Shown here in pieces: positions 14,131 to 24,380 of a stretch of DNA of 37,858 bases (position 1 is its first letter; each line of letters opens with the position of its first letter). The DNA comes from Octopus bimaculoides (Eukaryota). Where the stretch lies: positions 41,536,161 to 41,574,018 of the forward strand of contig NC_068993.1 in assembly GCF_001194135.2 (NCBI RefSeq), written 5' to 3'. The notes beneath the pieces were generated by a model. It saw nothing but the letters and a program-made list of their open reading frames with translations, searched no databases and was not told the DNA's origin. The position numbers and the translations under genes are program-made.

Positions 14131-14176
<46 letters not shown>

Positions 14177-14199
14177 GCTTGGACGTTTCTCGTACACAT

Positions 14200-14330
14200 T
14201 TCAGTTAAGAGCAATGCAAAATAAAGTACCTTGATCAAGACCACAGTGTAACGCTCATTTCAGGAATTGAACAATGAATCTTATACCTTACGATCTTAAG
14301 TCAAACACTCTAACCACTTGACTGCGAGCG
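14200..14330 (-). mobile_element. tRNA-derived SINE family C, diverged 5' part
   Basis: The reverse complement reads gtggttagagtgtttgacttaagatcgtaagg...gttcaattcctg...ctgtggtcttgatcaaggtacttta, similar to the 19570 copy. Confidence 0.6.
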
Positions 14331-14796
14331 TTTACATGGACAATAAATTATCTAAATTTACTTGAGGCATTGTAGCTGTATTCTTTTCTATGGGAGTCAT
14401 TGGTAGTTGCCGTTGGGTTTTTAACTTTCTCCAACTTAAAAGTCATTTTCAAGTAATTGAATATATTTCTTGAAGGAGCTGACACTTCACTGTAGCCAAC
14501 ACTTCATCCCTTAAGTTAGTTATTCTTGTTACTTTTATTGCTTCGTGAGTGACGTTTCTCACACTTCCAAATTAACATTCGAAACCCAAGTGAGGTATTC
14601 TTCGTTAACTGTATAGAGCTTTCCTTATGACACTATGATCGAAGAAGTTAGACAATATTACGTGAGGTATTTTGTGTTTTGTGGGTACACCTCACATTGC
14701 TGGTCATGTAGGGCAGAGCTTCTCAAACTATCTGATATGGCGTACCGGCAGTTTTTTTTTTCCAATGTGCCAGGTACCGGTAATATTTCGTATTAC

Positions 14797-15152
14797 GGGC
14801 TTATGGCGGAGTGGTTAAGAGCGCGGGCTACTAACCCGAAGATTCCGAGTTCGATTCCAAGCAGTGACCTGAATAATAATAATATTAATAATAATAATTA
14901 ATTCGTTTTATTGGTCACAAGGGCTAATATCAATTAAACAATAATAATAATGATAATAATAATAACAACATCGAAGAATACCTTAGGAATGAGAACCCAG
15001 GTTCGAAATTTTCCCTAGACACCTGAAGAAGGCTGGAAGGTATATCAGCCGAAACGTTGTGTTAACAACAAACAAGATGAGGGCAAATATCCGTCGAATG
15101 TAAATAATGAAAATAATGTACAGAATTCCTCATCTCTTAAATATAGAACTGG
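14797..15152 (+). mobile_element. tRNA-Ser(GCT)-derived SINE with an (AAT)n linker and a hammerhead-containing body
   Basis: A box TGGCGGAGTGG (14804-14814), B box GAGTTCGATTCC (14848-14859) and anticodon arm cggg-ctactaa-cccg. The head resembles tRNA-Ser TGGCCGAGTGGTTAAGGCG...CTGCTAATCC but lacks the long variable arm and a paired T stem. It is followed by (AAT)n, a second B-box-like GGTTCGAAAT and a hammerhead motif. Confidence 0.8.
15018..15063 (+). ncRNA. Minimal type I hammerhead ribozyme motif inside the SINE
   Basis: Stem I is gacac/gtgtt. The core CUGAAGA (15023-15029) is followed by one extra A, then stem II ggctgg/tcagcc, GAAA, a palindromic ACGU stem III and a GUU triplet (15056-15058). 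Confidence 0.75.
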
Positions 15153-16279
15153 AATATAATAAATTAGGCAATTTTTTAAATCTTATATTTATTTTGTAAA
15201 CAAATAATACAATATTACATAAGCATTTTATAAGCATTTTATAATGTTTCTTTCTTTTCTGGAAACCCGCTGCGTACTGACAGCTGATGGCTCTCTAACC
15301 GGCACCGGTCAGAGAGTAGCACTGATGTTAGGGGATTCACAAAATCGATATTAGCCGCATTTCAGGCCAAATCTCAGCCTGTTTACACACGCCCACTGCT
15401 TTCTAGTTCAACTACAAAAGTTGAACAGTGGGTCCCACTCCCTCCAAACGCCTTAATGTACTGATTTACATTAAAGTTGAGATGGTGGGGCTGCGTCAGT
15501 TAATAAGATCGTAAAATTTGATATTAATCAATTGTAGATAGTACATGTGTTTTGTGAAACTGATAAAACTATTTAGAATGCTGTCTGTGAAATATTTTAA
15601 AGATAGCATCGTACTAATGTAGTTAAATCACTAACTTGTCATTAGATCTACTCCGAATTTATGAAGATTTACCGCTGTTTATCTTGTTGATATTAAAAAA
15701 ATAATGTTAAAAAGTAAAACATTTCAGCAAATGATTTAATAATAAAAGGAAAAAAAGTAAAAGAAATATATACTGGTGCACAAGGCATCATATGTGATCA
15801 ATACTGAACAAGTATCATAATTCTATCAATATCAAAACAGAATAAATATGTATGACAAGAACGATGACTTTTAGTAAGATATTAAATATGGTTTCTTTCG
15901 ATGTCAGTAGCGAATTTCCGACAGATTCAGAATGGCAAGTCAAATGGAAATAGCATATAATAGCAGTAGATAGGTGTTCTGTCTTCAGATCAGATCGGTT
16001 ATAATTCTGAATATGTTCACGAAAAGGTTGCACACGGGGAAATGAAAAGCGAGAAAGCTTATGGAAAGCATTAAATTATTTACTAGATGAAGAGCTTTGT
16101 TGCTGTTTCTTCCAAACTTAATTACAAATAGACTGCAATAAAACATAAATATATACGTGTGAATATTTCATCGACACCCTGTCAGAATATATTTGGTGTC
16201 AACTAAGGTGATGTGATAAACCTGCAATTTATAATCTCTCCCCCCTCTCTCCCTCTCTCTCCCTCTCTCTCTCTCTCTA

Positions 16280-16320
<41 letters not shown>

Positions 16321-17401
16321 GAGCTCAACGTAGCAATTGAGAATACCGTGCAGAATATTGATTAATGGCGTGTGACACATACCTATAAAAATACATCTGA
16401 ACATTGGCACGTACTTTCATGGATGTAGCGAGTTATTGCTATAGATATTGTCTTAAACACTCGGATGATTTTCGATATTTCTTCCCCAGTAGAATATATT
16501 ACTTGATTAATACTGTATCAGTCAGCGATGCATTACCAAGTTTATAATCAAAAGCTAAGTGTTTGGCGCAGACTTTGTGCTGGCACTCGATGAAATAATG
16601 TCTCAATAAAATTTTCTATCGGTTTAAATTCTGGTTCAATATTGCTTTTACAATACTGTTTCCAAATCACTGGTGTGTAAAAATATCCGCTGGTATATAG
16701 ATTGTTATTCGTTAAAGTGTAGTATTACAACATTTGAAACTGAGTTATTAGTTGAGAAAAGACGAGGTTCGTTACCTCCTGAGAGATAATCACTTCGAAA
16801 ACATCCCAGTGTCGCTTGGCGAGTTTCCAAGTACATCTTTACAAACATATGCATACATACACATATACACACACACACACACACACATACACACACATAT
16901 ACATATATACATACACGTGTGCATGTGTATATATGTAAATATATATATATATGTATGTTATTATATATACACACACACTCATATACACATATATGTATAT
17001 ATGCGTGTATGTACGTATATATGTACGTATGTTCTATTCAATTCACTTCCAAGAATTGTAATTAGCACTGTCGAGACAACACATCTTGCTTCGTAATTTC
17101 TGAATCCCAATAGCCAAGAACTCGACATGATGTTAACAAGAACTTCGTGTCAGTTTAGTTAAAGAATCTGCCTCGAAAAAATTAAACATCTGTAATCATT
17201 ATTGAACTGCAAAACAAAACCATTCTGGATTCATTACAGAGAAACACACACTTAATGAACCATACGACAATACAAACCATCTTGTAATGCTGGCATCACA
17301 TCTTGCCAGATTTTACCTAATGCTGTTATTTTCTTTAATGAAATGATTTTGCTATAACCATGTACGACATCGGGAAAGAATGCGTGTGTGTATATGTGTG
17401 T

Positions 17402-17452
<51 letters not shown>

Positions 17453-18272
17453 TAAGTGGGGGGGAGCTGAGAGAATTATCTTTCTGTTCACTCACATTAT
17501 CTATCGTTATATTTCATATCAGTTTAAGAGATCCGTTTTATATAGAAACAAAGAGATTAATATTAAATATTCATTATCATGAAAAAAAATCTATGATGTC
17601 GTGTTGATTCCTGGAATATCTTTGGCGCTGATTATTAAGAATCTATTTAAAAATAAATAATGAAAAATGCATTTTAGCGATATCTGCAGATATTTCATAA
17701 AAATCATAAATCTACAAGCTTCTGAAATTGATTTTTGTCAACCTAAACGTTAAATTACCAATCTCATAGCCCCTATATTAGATTAATCTGCTTTAAACAT
17801 CATGCAACAATAATAAAATTTAAACTAAATGTGATCACAAAGCCTTATCGCCGATCCATCTCCTAAACCATCGTCGTCGATCTGTTATGTATTACGTGAC
17901 AGAAAGTTTCTTCAAAGACAGTTTCGAGGTGTCCATAAAGTTTAATTCCAGTGCCATACCATTAAATCAGCTAACATTAACAGATTTCTATCTCTTCGCA
18001 GTAACATACTTCTCAATATTCATTAAACCTCTTACAGTTATCACCTATTTTAGATATCCATAAAGCTCACCATACATGTAATTTTAAACATCAATGAAAA
18101 TTCCTGCATATGATGATAGCTCACAGTGGAGTTAGTTGTTAATCGCTATATGATTTCATAAATATAGATTTCTATAATTTTCTTCATTGCACAGGAACCG
18201 ATTCCAACTAGGAAACTTTCGAATTTCTGATACATAGGAAAATATTTTTACTAGTTTTTATAGAAAATAAAA

Positions 18273-18945
18273 ATATCTGTTTCAAATATTGGCGGAAGAC
18301 TCGTAATTTTAAGAGGAGGGAGTAAGTGGATTACATCGGCCCAGTGCTCAACTAGTACTTATTTTATCGACCCCAAAAGGATGAACGGCAAAGTCAACCT
18401 CGGCAAAATTTGAAATCAAAACGCAAAATCCTAGGAAGAATACCGCTTAATATTTTGTCCGAAGAGCTTATCAATTTTTTAAGCTCACCACCTTCAGTTT
18501 TTGCCCTAAAGCCAGCAGTTTTAGTGATACGGGTATATTCGATTTTAACGACACCTGTACCTATTTGGTACTTAATTTTACTGACCCAAAAAGATAAAAA
18601 GCAAAGTCCACCTCGGCAAAATTTGAAATCAAATTACAAAATTCTAGAAATAATACCGCTAAGCATTTTGTCCGAAGCGCTTATCATTTCTTCAAGATCG
18701 CCACCTTCATTTTTTGTCATAAGACCAGTAGTTTTAGTGGTAGAGGTGTCGATTATATCGACACCTCTACCTGATTGGTACTTTATTTTATTGATCTCAA
18801 AAGATAAAAGGCAAAGCCAACATTGGCAGGATATGAACTCAGAACGTAAAGAGCCGGGAGGATTGCTGCTAAGCATTATATCCGACGTGCTAACTCTTCT
18901 GCCAACTCAACGGCTACAAATTTTGGCACAAGACTTCTTGTTATA
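18273..18945 (-). mobile_element. Head-to-tail trimer of SINE family B plus a tail fragment of a fourth copy
   Basis: The units are 18273-18494, 18495-18707 (213 bp) and 18708-18916. Each contains gtactt..tttta..gacc.aaaag, gcaaagt..acctcggc, tttgaa.tca (reverse B box) and ccgct.a..att. The tail fragment caaattttggcacaag starts at 18917. Confidence 0.9.
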
Positions 18946-19189
18946 GTGCTAGGTTCAAAATATCCTGTGAGTGGAATTTGCTAGATGGAAATATGTGGGT
19001 GTATGTTTGTGTGTGGGGGGTGGGTGGGTGCGCGTGAGTATGTTGCGTTAGAGTGTATATATATAAATATATGTGCATCTGCGTCTTTATATTTGTATGC
19101 ATTGTTATTCTTAGTGATGTGCTTTTGTGTTCTGGGGTTGTGTGTGTGTGTGTGTGGGTGTGTGTACCTCTTTGTCAAAACTGGTGTTA

Positions 19190-19355
19190 TTTAATGCTGG
19201 TTCCAGCAGTCTGGGCCGAATTTTTCTTTTATTCATATCAAAATGATAAATAGTAAAACTAACATCGGAAGGATTTGAACTCAAACTACAAAGAGTTGGA
19301 ATAAATTCTGCGATGCATTCTGTCAAGCACTTGAACGACTCTGCTAATTCATCTC
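19190..19355 (-). mobile_element. SINE family B, heavily diverged copy
   Basis: The segment ggatttgaactcaaactacaaag...gcattctgtcaagcacttgaacgactctgctaattc matches the reversed family B head. Confidence 0.55.
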
Positions 19356-19569
19356 CTTTCTGCAGTTGTAGAAACAATTACTTTGGTGCGTGGAAAGGTA
19401 TCAGTCTTCCCCAAGCTCACACCAGTGTACAGAACCTTCATTGCCAAATCCTTAGCAGTCAGTTGTATATTGCAGTTAAATGCTGCGATCTTGAAGGCAG
19501 TATATAAGTTTATCGTGAATCATTGTTGCCCTTTTTACCTTCCTGCTGTCCTTCCTTCCTTCCTGCAGT

Positions 19570-19739
19570 GAAGGCACGTGGCTTAGTGGTTAGGGCAATC
19601 GGCTCACGATCGTAAGGTCGTGAGTTCAATTCCCGGCGACGCGTTGTGTCCTTGAGCAAGACACTTTATTTCACGTTGCTCCAGTCCACTCAGCTGGCAA
19701 AAATGAGTAGTACCTGTATTTCAAAGGGCCTGCTTTGTC
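19570..19739 (+). mobile_element. tRNA-derived SINE family C, truncated by a gap
   Basis: A box TGGCTTAGTGG and B box GAGTTCAATTCC are followed by the CORE-like gtgtccttgagcaagacactt. It matches the reverse complement of 30958-31215. Confidence 0.9.
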
Positions 19740-20208
19740 NNNNNNNNNNNNNNNNNNNNNNNNNNNNNNNNNNNNNNNNNNNNNNNNNNNNNNNNNNNNN
19801 NNNNNNNNNNNNNNNNNNNNNNNNNNNNNNNNNNNNNNNNNNNNNNNNNNNNNNNNNNNNNNNNNNNNNNNNNNNNNNNNNNNNNNNNNNNNNNNNNNNN
19901 NNNNNNNNNNNNNNNNNNNNNNNNNNNNNNNNNNNNNNNNNNNNNNNNNNNNNNNNNNNNNNNNNNNNNNNNNNNNNNNNNNNNNNNNNNNNNNNNNNNN
20001 NNNNNNNNNNNNNNNNNNNNNNNNNNNNNNNNNNNNNNNNNNNNNNNNNNNNNNNNNNNNNNNNNNNNNNNNNNNNNNNNNNNNNNNNNNNNNNNNNNNN
20101 NNNNNNNNNNNNNNNNNNNNNNNNNNNNNNNNNNNNNNNNNNNNNNNNNNNNNNNNNNNNNNNNNNNNNNNNNNNNNNNNNNNNNNNNNNNNNNNNNNNN
20201 NNNNNNNN

Positions 20209-20276
<68 letters not shown>

Positions 20277-22170
20277 TGTGTGTGCGAGCATGCGTGTGTG
20301 TGTACTCAGTGTATTTAACTTGTCTTCTTTTACAGTAAGTACTTCTCGGAGAAGCGAAATGATAATATTTACTTATTATTTCAAACATTGGTGTGGAAAT
20401 AGCATCAATTACCAACATTCTCATGTCTCTGGAAATAGGACATTTGACGGTAACGATAGCAAATGTCTTTATCTCTTAGACACAGGAAAACACGAACACA
20501 CCAAACACATGAGCACACACAGAAACTGAAATGATATTGAACTTATACAACAACATATAACATATAACACATAGAACACACGCTCACACACACGCACATA
20601 TACACACACGCACATACGCACATACACTCAAAACACATATATTATCTCTTAGAAACAGCTTCACACGAACACACTCCAAAGAAGCCAAAATGATACAGAG
20701 AACATACAGATACACATATCCATATCCATAAAGATAAACACACAGCCACACGAAATGCTGACTTACACATACAAGCACTCCACACATACGCACACAAACA
20801 TGTCGGCCTACGCACATATCCGCCACAACAAGACATATAAGAAATATAGAGATTGTTGCAACTGAAAGAAATGTAGTTTGTCTTAAATCGTTAAATCCGG
20901 GTTTGGAGATAAACGGAAAGGTCACAAAAGGATGCCCTGGGAATTATGCACACACACACACACATACTCCCATATATACACACGGCTATGTACACGCACA
21001 CGCACATACACACACACACATATAGATGTGCACGTGCGCGCACACTCACGCGCATACATACATATGTACAGAGATAAAGATGTATCACTAAGAATAACAA
21101 TGTCGTGCAAACATATAGACGCAGATGCACACACGCACACACACACACACACACACATACACACACACACGCACATATATATATACATTTACACACGCAT
21201 ACATATACACATGTGTGTGTACNNNNNNNNNNNNNNNNNNNNNNNNNNNNNNNNNNNNNNNNNNNNNNNNNNNNNNNNNNNNNNNNNNNNNNNNNNNNNN
21301 NNNNNNNNNNNNNNNNNNNNNNNNNNNNNNNNNNNNNNNNNNNNNNNNNNNNNNNNNNNNNNNNNNNNNNNNNNNNNNNNNNNNNNNNNNNNNNNNNNNN
21401 NNNNNNNNNNNNNNNNNNNNNNNNNNNNNNNNNNNNNNNNNNNNNNNNNNNNNNNNNNNNNNNNNNNNNNNNNNNNNNNNNNNNNNNNNNNNNNNNNNNN
21501 NNNNNNNNNNNNNNNNNNNNNNNNNNNNNNNNNNNNNNNNNNNNNNNNNNNNNNNNNNNNNNNNNNNNNNNNNNNNNNNNNNNNNNNNNNNNNNNNNNNN
21601 NNNNNNNNNNNNNNNNNNNNNNNNNNNNNNNNNNNNNNNNNNNNNNNNNNNNNNNNNNNNNNNNNNNNTATATATATATATGCGTGCGTGTGTACACACA
21701 CACACACACACACATATGGATGTTGAAGGAAATAAAAAGTGGGAACACGAAGGCACTTTCACTTCAATAATCTGAAAATATCAAGCGCAAGAAGACTGGT
21801 GTTTGCTTAAGGCTTTTTTAATGGTGAAATCTTAACCCTGATATTGTGCAACACTGTATGTGTTAGAAGCATGGAGCTTCTGACATTTATTTCAATATGC
21901 TGTAACACCGTTCATTTTATACTTCAATAAATGCATGCTTATTAAGCATCTTTAATTAGCTTTAATTATCTCTAATTAGCTCTGATTACTTGCAAGAATT
22001 ATATTTTATTTATTCAACGTGTGAGTTTTAATAAATTGCTAGTCAGTCATACATATAACTTTTGTATAACATATATAAATGCTATCCTATGCATAAGTTT
22101 TCTGTATCATTTCTATATCTAAAAGACGATATGTTTATTTAAAGATTGCATGTTCGAACGTCATCGATGA

Positions 22171-22362
22171 GGCGCAGGCATGGCTCTGTGATTAAGAAAA
22201 TCGATTTGCAGCCACCTGGTTTCGGATCTAATCTCACTTTACAGCTCCGGAGACAAGTGTCTTCAACTCTAACTCTGGGCCGACTAATACTTTGTTAGTG
22301 AATATCGTAAACGGAAACCGAGTGAAAACCTGCCGTACGAGTGAATCAAGACACACTTGTTT

Positions 22363-22415
<53 letters not shown>

Positions 22416-22533
22416 GTCTCTCTCTCTCTCTCTCTCTTTGTTTTCTCTCACTCTCATTCCATTTTTCCCTCTCATTCCTGTCAAAGAGCGTAAGCTCGAA
22501 ACGTCAAACACTTTTCCCGAGTGTCAAACTAAT

Positions 22534-22566
<33 letters not shown>

Positions 22567-22860
22567 GAGAGAAAGAGGGAGAAAGAGAGTAAGAGAGAAA
22601 GAGAGAAAGCGAGAAAGAGAGAAACAGAGAAACAGAGAAACAGAGAAACAGAGAAAGAGAGAAAGAGAGAGAATGTGTGTGCCTGTATTTGTCGCTCCAC
22701 TACTTGACAAATGGTGTCTGTCTCATTCCGTATCCATAACTTTACGGTTCGTGAATGAACCGATAGACTATGTGCCTGACTTTAAACAAGTTCTGGGTCG
22801 GTTTGTTCGACTAAGTCTACATGGCCGCAGTCCAATAACTGAACGAAGCTGAAATGTAAG
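22171..22860 (+). mobile_element. Full-length diverged SINE family A copy with an expanded internal tract
   Basis: The head ggcgcaggcatggctctgtg...gacaagtgtcttc...gggccgac runs to about 22335. The 3' module starts at about 22680 (cttgacaa...acggttcg...gggtcggtttgttcgactaa...catggccgcagtc). Confidence 0.75.
22478..22509 (+). other. Degenerate minimal hammerhead-like motif (probable Penelope-like repeat fragment)
   Basis: The sequence reads ctgtcaaa-gagc-gtaa-gctc-GAAAC-GTC. Stem II with a GNRA loop, GAAA and the ACGU palindrome are perfect, but the core deviates from CUGANGA at two positions and stem I is poor. Confidence 0.5.
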
Positions 22861-23944
22861 AAATGTTTTTTTTTGCTGTGGAAGGCAGTCCGCATGGACG
22901 AAGCTTTCTAATGAATAACAACGCACACATATATGTAAAACCTGAATGTAATTGTGTCTAGAAACAGTCCATTTACTTGTTTAACCATTCCATAAAATAT
23001 AATCGTAATTGAATATCGACATTAGAAAACAGATACCTTCAACAAGTAAGTATGTATTTATCTATGTATATATGTATATTTGTATCTATGTGTGTGCGTA
23101 TATATATATCCTTTATATATTCTCAGTACATTCGATATCAGTTTGATGTCATGCTACAACATGACATAGAACAGCAATTGTGTTAACCTGATACCCTTTT
23201 TTGTTTCTTTCTTTATCTCCAAAGATAAATGGCCGCTTTTCCCAACAACAGAGTGTTTCTGACAAACATTCACAAAAAAATAAAAACACTGTCCCCTTTC
23301 CTTTCTTCTAATTTCATCCCCTACTTTTTATTTATTTACTTTTATTATCTTTGTCTTTTTTCTTTGGCTGGGCAATACACGCCAGATATTAAGCAGGAAA
23401 CGGTTAACCTATCTGCAGGTGCCATTCGCTTTGGCATCATATCAAGTATTTGGCATTTGTAAAATTAATTAAGATTGTCTTCTAGAGAACCAATTGCGCG
23501 GATATATCTAAAAACAGACCCCTACCTAAAGAGAAAGAAAAAGATACGAATAATAATGAGAAAAAAAGGGCTGAAAAAGAAAAAAAAACGGAAGCAAAAC
23601 GGCATGGCCAATCTCGTCTCATTTATCATGATGACAAAAGTAAATTAATTTTCTGAATTGTATCTTTACATTTATTATTAGATTAGCAGAGTAGTTGTGA
23701 GGAACTTAGGGTTTCCAAAGAGTTCCATCTTTGATAATTCCTAAGATTAGTGACTTCCTAGAATATTACTTCGAACTACCGTTTGTCCTGTGGTCAGTAC
23801 ACAGTATTTAAAATTAGAGATATTAATAATTATTCTCTATAGACATTATATAACGTGCCTTGTGTCTCCAAGAAATCTTCAAACTCAGAGTATATGGCTA
23901 CTCCTAGTTGAAAACTAGGACGTTGGCTACAAATACATATTAAT

Positions 23945-24380
23945 GCAGGAGGTATTATTGGCAGAGTCGTTTGAAACGTTGGACAGAAAGCTTTGCGGTA
24001 TTTCGTAATCCTATACGTTCTGAGTTCGAATTTCATTCAGGCCTACTTTACATTTTATCCTTTTGAAGATCGCAAAACAAAATACCAACACAAAACAGTG
24101 TATTGGAACTATAAGAGGGACGGGAAAAGTGCCTTGTGTTAATCGTTTAGTCTTTGAGTTCAATTATCTCGGAGGCCAACTTCCCCATCGTCCTTACGGA
24201 ATTGATGAAACAAAGTACCAGTATAGAATGGTGTATTCTTGGAATGTTGGCCAGACGGGCAAGATACCTTGCGTATTTGTTTTGAAGCTCTACATCATCA
24301 GTTCATATCTCGCCGAGGTCACCTTGCCCTTTCAACTTTTCAGGGTTAATTAAAAAAACTACCAACGCAGAGTGTGATGT
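23945..24380 (+). mobile_element. Three old, tandem SINE family B fragments
   Basis: B-box-like (t)gagttc.a.t at about 24021, 24151 and 24300 is each time followed by a degenerate gaggtc.actttgcctttca.cctt...aaaagtacca block. Confidence 0.6.

Larger units (their letters stand above)
14714..15324. mobile_element. hAT/Charlie-like MITE interrupted by a SINE
   Basis: The left end is CAGAGCTTCTCAAACT and the right end is GAGTAGCACTG (9/11 match to the reverse complement of the left TIR). A subterminal ACCGGCACCGGT palindrome is present. The flanks atgtaggg (14706-14713) and atgttaggg (15325-15333) fit an 8-bp TSD with one inserted base. Confidence 0.7.

Noticed and set aside
14797-14870. Functional tRNA-Ser gene
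   Set aside because: The anticodon loop reads ACT, the long variable arm is missing, the T and acceptor stems pair poorly, and it continues into SINE body sequence.
16752-16830. Protein-like stretch LRKDEVRYLLRDNHFENIPVSLGEFP
   Set aside because: It has no recognisable domain and only weak splice sites, so it cannot be supported without homology or RNA-seq.
18273-18945. CRISPR-like or prokaryotic repeat array
   Set aside because: The units are about 210-bp SINE copies without short repeats and unique spacers, and the context is eukaryotic.
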